Shown piece by piece: positions 21,984 through 24,000 of a DNA stretch of 24,000 bases; within the stretch, counting starts at the first letter, position 1; each line of letters opens with the position of its first letter. This DNA comes from Gottfriedia acidiceleris. GTDB lineage: Bacteria; Bacillota; Bacilli; Bacillales; Bacillaceae_G. The position numbers were made by a program, and so were the translations under genes. The stretch spans positions 315,985 to 339,984 of the forward strand of contig NZ_JBCMJM010000017.1 of NCBI RefSeq assembly GCF_050457485.1, written 5' to 3'. Below the pieces are notes generated by a model. It was not told the origin of the DNA and made no database searches. It saw nothing but the letters and a program-made list of their open reading frames with translations.

Positions 21984-22037
21984 TTACTTCTAAATCTATA
22001 GCATAGCATAAAGAATTTTATAATTGAATGTTTTTAT

Positions 22038-22065
22038 ATTATAACCGTACGAAAGTACAAGTAAA
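22038..22065 (-). promoter_or_regulatory. Putative promoter for mnmE-mnmG
   Basis: Minus strand TTTACT (22065-22060), 16 nt spacer, TATAAT (22043-22038). Confidence 0.5.
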
Positions 22066-22089
22066 CTTAAATGACTTGAATGAAGAACA

Positions 22090-22126
22090 TTAAAAAACCA
22101 ATTAAGGCTTAGCCCTTAATTGGTTT
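22090..22126 (-). terminator. Terminator downstream of, and overlapping, the 3' end of jag
   Basis: aaaccaattaagg (22095-22107) / ccttaattggttt (22114-22126), 13 bp perfect stem, TTTTTT on the minus strand; the jag TAA (22111-22109) is in the loop. Confidence 0.85.
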
Positions 22127-22747
22127 CTTTAAATCTATAACTAATTGACGATGCGGATCTTGTCCTACAGACCTTGTAGAGATATTCGGCATATCTGTCA
22201 GTATATGATGTATAATTTTTCTTTCGAAAGAAGGCATTGGCTCTAAAGAGATCGCTTTTCTTGTTTTTAAAACTGTTTGAGCAGTCTTTTTTGCAAGAAT
22301 TTCTAGCGATTCCTTACGTTTTAATCGATAATTCTCTGCGTCAACGACAACATGAATCAATTGTTTTGAATGACGATTTACAAATGTTTGAACTAAGAAT
22401 TGAAGAGCATTTAAAGTATTACCTCTTTTTCCAATAATAAGGGCAACCTTATCACCCTTTACTGTAAATAAGAAGGTTTGTTCTTTCGTACCTTGCAATT
22501 CGAAATTTACATCTGCAGTTTCATCAAGACTTTTAACAATATTTAAAAGGTAGTCGTATGCTTTTTCGATCAAAGTCTTCTTTTTAACAACTAATACTTT
22601 AGCAGGTTTAGCACCAAATCCTAAAAATCCTTTTTTACCGTCTTCGATTACTGTAATGTCTACGTCTTCTTCTGTTGAACTAAGTTGCTGAAGTGCTATT
22701 TGAACTGCTTGTTCGATTGTTTGACCAGTAGCAGTTACTTCTCTCAC
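22109..22747 (-). CDS. jag: RNA-binding protein Jag/KhpB (Jag-N, KH, R3H)
   Basis: 212 aa; [52 protein letters not shown]3H-like [14 protein letters not shown]. Confidence 0.94.
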   Translation of the reverse strand: MREVTATGQTIEQAVQIALQQLSSTEEDVDITVIEDGKKGFLGFGAKPAKVLVVKKKTLIEKAYDYLLNIVKSLDETADVNFELQGTKEQTFLFTVKGDKVALIIGKRGNTLNALQFLVQTFVNRHSKQLIHVVVDAENYRLKRKESLEILAKKTAQTVLKTRKAISLEPMPSFERKIIHHILTDMPNISTRSVGQDPHRQLVIDLKKPIKG

Positions 22748-23529
22748 TTACTAGCCCCTCCTACATTTTTATTTTTTACGGTAGTATTACCTCTATTAAC
22801 AAATAATGTTTGAAGAATCATAAATGTATTACCAACTACCCAATATAAAGCTAAAGCAGATGGAAGTCTAACAGCAAATATTAAAATCATGATTGGCATA
22901 ACATAAAGCATGATTTTCATTTGTTGAGCAGCAGGTCCTGTCATTGAACCAGTACTCATTGACACCTTTTGTTGAATGAAAGTTGTAATACCAGCGATAA
23001 TTGGTAAAGCATAAATTGGATCCGGGTGTCCTAATTGGAACCATAGGAAGTCATGTGCTTTAATTTCCATTGTTCTCATAATTGCATGATAGAAAGCAAT
23101 TAAGATTGGCATTTGAATAAAAATTGGTAAACAACCAGATAGTGGATTTACACCATGTTGTTGGTACAACTTCATTGTTTCTTCATTTAATTTTTGGACA
23201 GTTTTTTGATCTTTAGAAGAATATTTTTCTTTAAGTTTGGCCATTTCAGGCTGGATTGATTGCATCGCTTTTGTACTTTTAATTTGTTTAATCATTAATG
23301 GTAGTAATGCTAAACGGATTAAAAGTGTTACGACGATAATCGACATTCCATAACTTCCACCAAAAATTTTAGATACAGCAGTGATTAACCATGATAGTGG
23401 ATAAACGAAATACTCATTCCAAATCCCCGTACTTTCAGATGTAATCGGTTGGTTTGTTTGCGAACACCCAGCTAACACGACTACTAATAAAAGAACTGTA
23501 ACTAGCAATTGGTACTTCTTAGTCTTCAA
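22744..23529 (-). CDS. yidC: Membrane protein insertase YidC/SpoIIIJ (lipoprotein-type)
   Basis: 261 aa; lipobox [11 protein letters not shown]; [45 protein letters not shown]; [20 protein letters not shown]. Confidence 0.96.
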   Translation of the reverse strand: MKTKKYQLLVTVLLLVVVLAGCSQTNQPITSESTGIWNEYFVYPLSWLITAVSKIFGGSYGMSIIVVTLLIRLALLPLMIKQIKSTKAMQSIQPEMAKLKEKYSSKDQKTVQKLNEETMKLYQQHGVNPLSGCLPIFIQMPILIAFYHAIMRTMEIKAHDFLWFQLGHPDPIYALPIIAGITTFIQQKVSMSTGSMTGPAAQQMKIMLYVMPIMILIFAVRLPSALALYWVVGNTFMILQTLFVNRGNTTVKNKNVGGASK

Positions 23530-23568
23530 ACTAGTTCCTCCTTTAAGAAGTTACATTTAAATATGTAA

Positions 23569-23949
23569 TTACTTAATTTGATTTTTATCTAATTTATGTT
23601 TTGAATCACGTATTTTAAGCGCTTCCGCCCTTTTCAACACATGAATTAAACTTTTTTTAAATTCATTAAAAGGTAGTTCAGTACAGGGCTTTCTTGCGAT
23701 TACAACATAATCCATACTCACACGAAGATCATCACTTAATTCAGTAAGAGCTTGTCTTATATACCGCTTAATATGATTTCTGACTACAGCATTACCTAAC
23801 TTCTTACTAACAGATAATCCTATACGAAATTGTTTTTGATCTTCCTTTTTTAATGTATAGATTACAAATTGTCGATTCGCAGTTGACGAACCCTCTTGAA
23901 AAACGCGACTAAAATCTGCATTCTTTTTTATTCTGTTTTTCTTGTTCAT
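23569..23949 (-). CDS. rnpA: Ribonuclease P protein component
   Basis: [35 protein letters not shown]...[28 protein letters not shown]. Upstream residues MRCQWN in the track are not conserved; GAGGTG lies upstream of ATG 23949. Confidence 0.95.
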   Translation of the reverse strand: MNKKNRIKKNADFSRVFQEGSSTANRQFVIYTLKKEDQKQFRIGLSVSKKLGNAVVRNHIKRYIRQALTELSDDLRVSMDYVVIARKPCTELPFNEFKKSLIHVLKRAEALKIRDSKHKLDKNQIK

Positions 23950-24000
23950 GTTCCACTGACACCTCAAATGATTCCTTCAATTATCATAACAACTTTTTTA

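Overview
This window is a conserved, oriC-proximal housekeeping segment of a Bacillus-like (Bacillaceae/Firmicutes) chromosome. Most genes are on the minus strand. In coordinate order they are: walH/yycH (partial), walK, walR, a four-tRNA cluster (Phe, Asp, Glu, Lys), purA, dnaB-type replicative helicase (dnaC in B. subtilis naming), rplI, gdpP/yybT, yybS, rpsR, ssb, rpsF, ychF, a DUF951 small protein (yyzM), a MscS-family channel, yyaC (plus strand), spo0J/parB, soj/parA, noc, rsmG, mnmG, mnmE, jag/khpB, yidC/spoIIIJ and rnpA. I found no defence system, mobile element, CRISPR array or novel gene cassette. The best signals are regulatory or architectural: three perfect 16-bp parS sites (in walK, in spo0J, and between noc and rsmG), of which the two genic copies encode the same peptide NVSRET; a PurBox-like pair at the purA promoter; a candidate sigma-F/G promoter upstream of yyaC; a candidate S6:S18 autoregulatory hairpin upstream of rpsF; a ychF downstream hairpin whose arm overlaps the rpsF -35 box; a terminator overlapping the jag stop codon; and unexplained hairpins upstream of ychF and mnmE. 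Several start sites in the supplied ORF track look too far upstream, and the track omits the edge-truncated walH.
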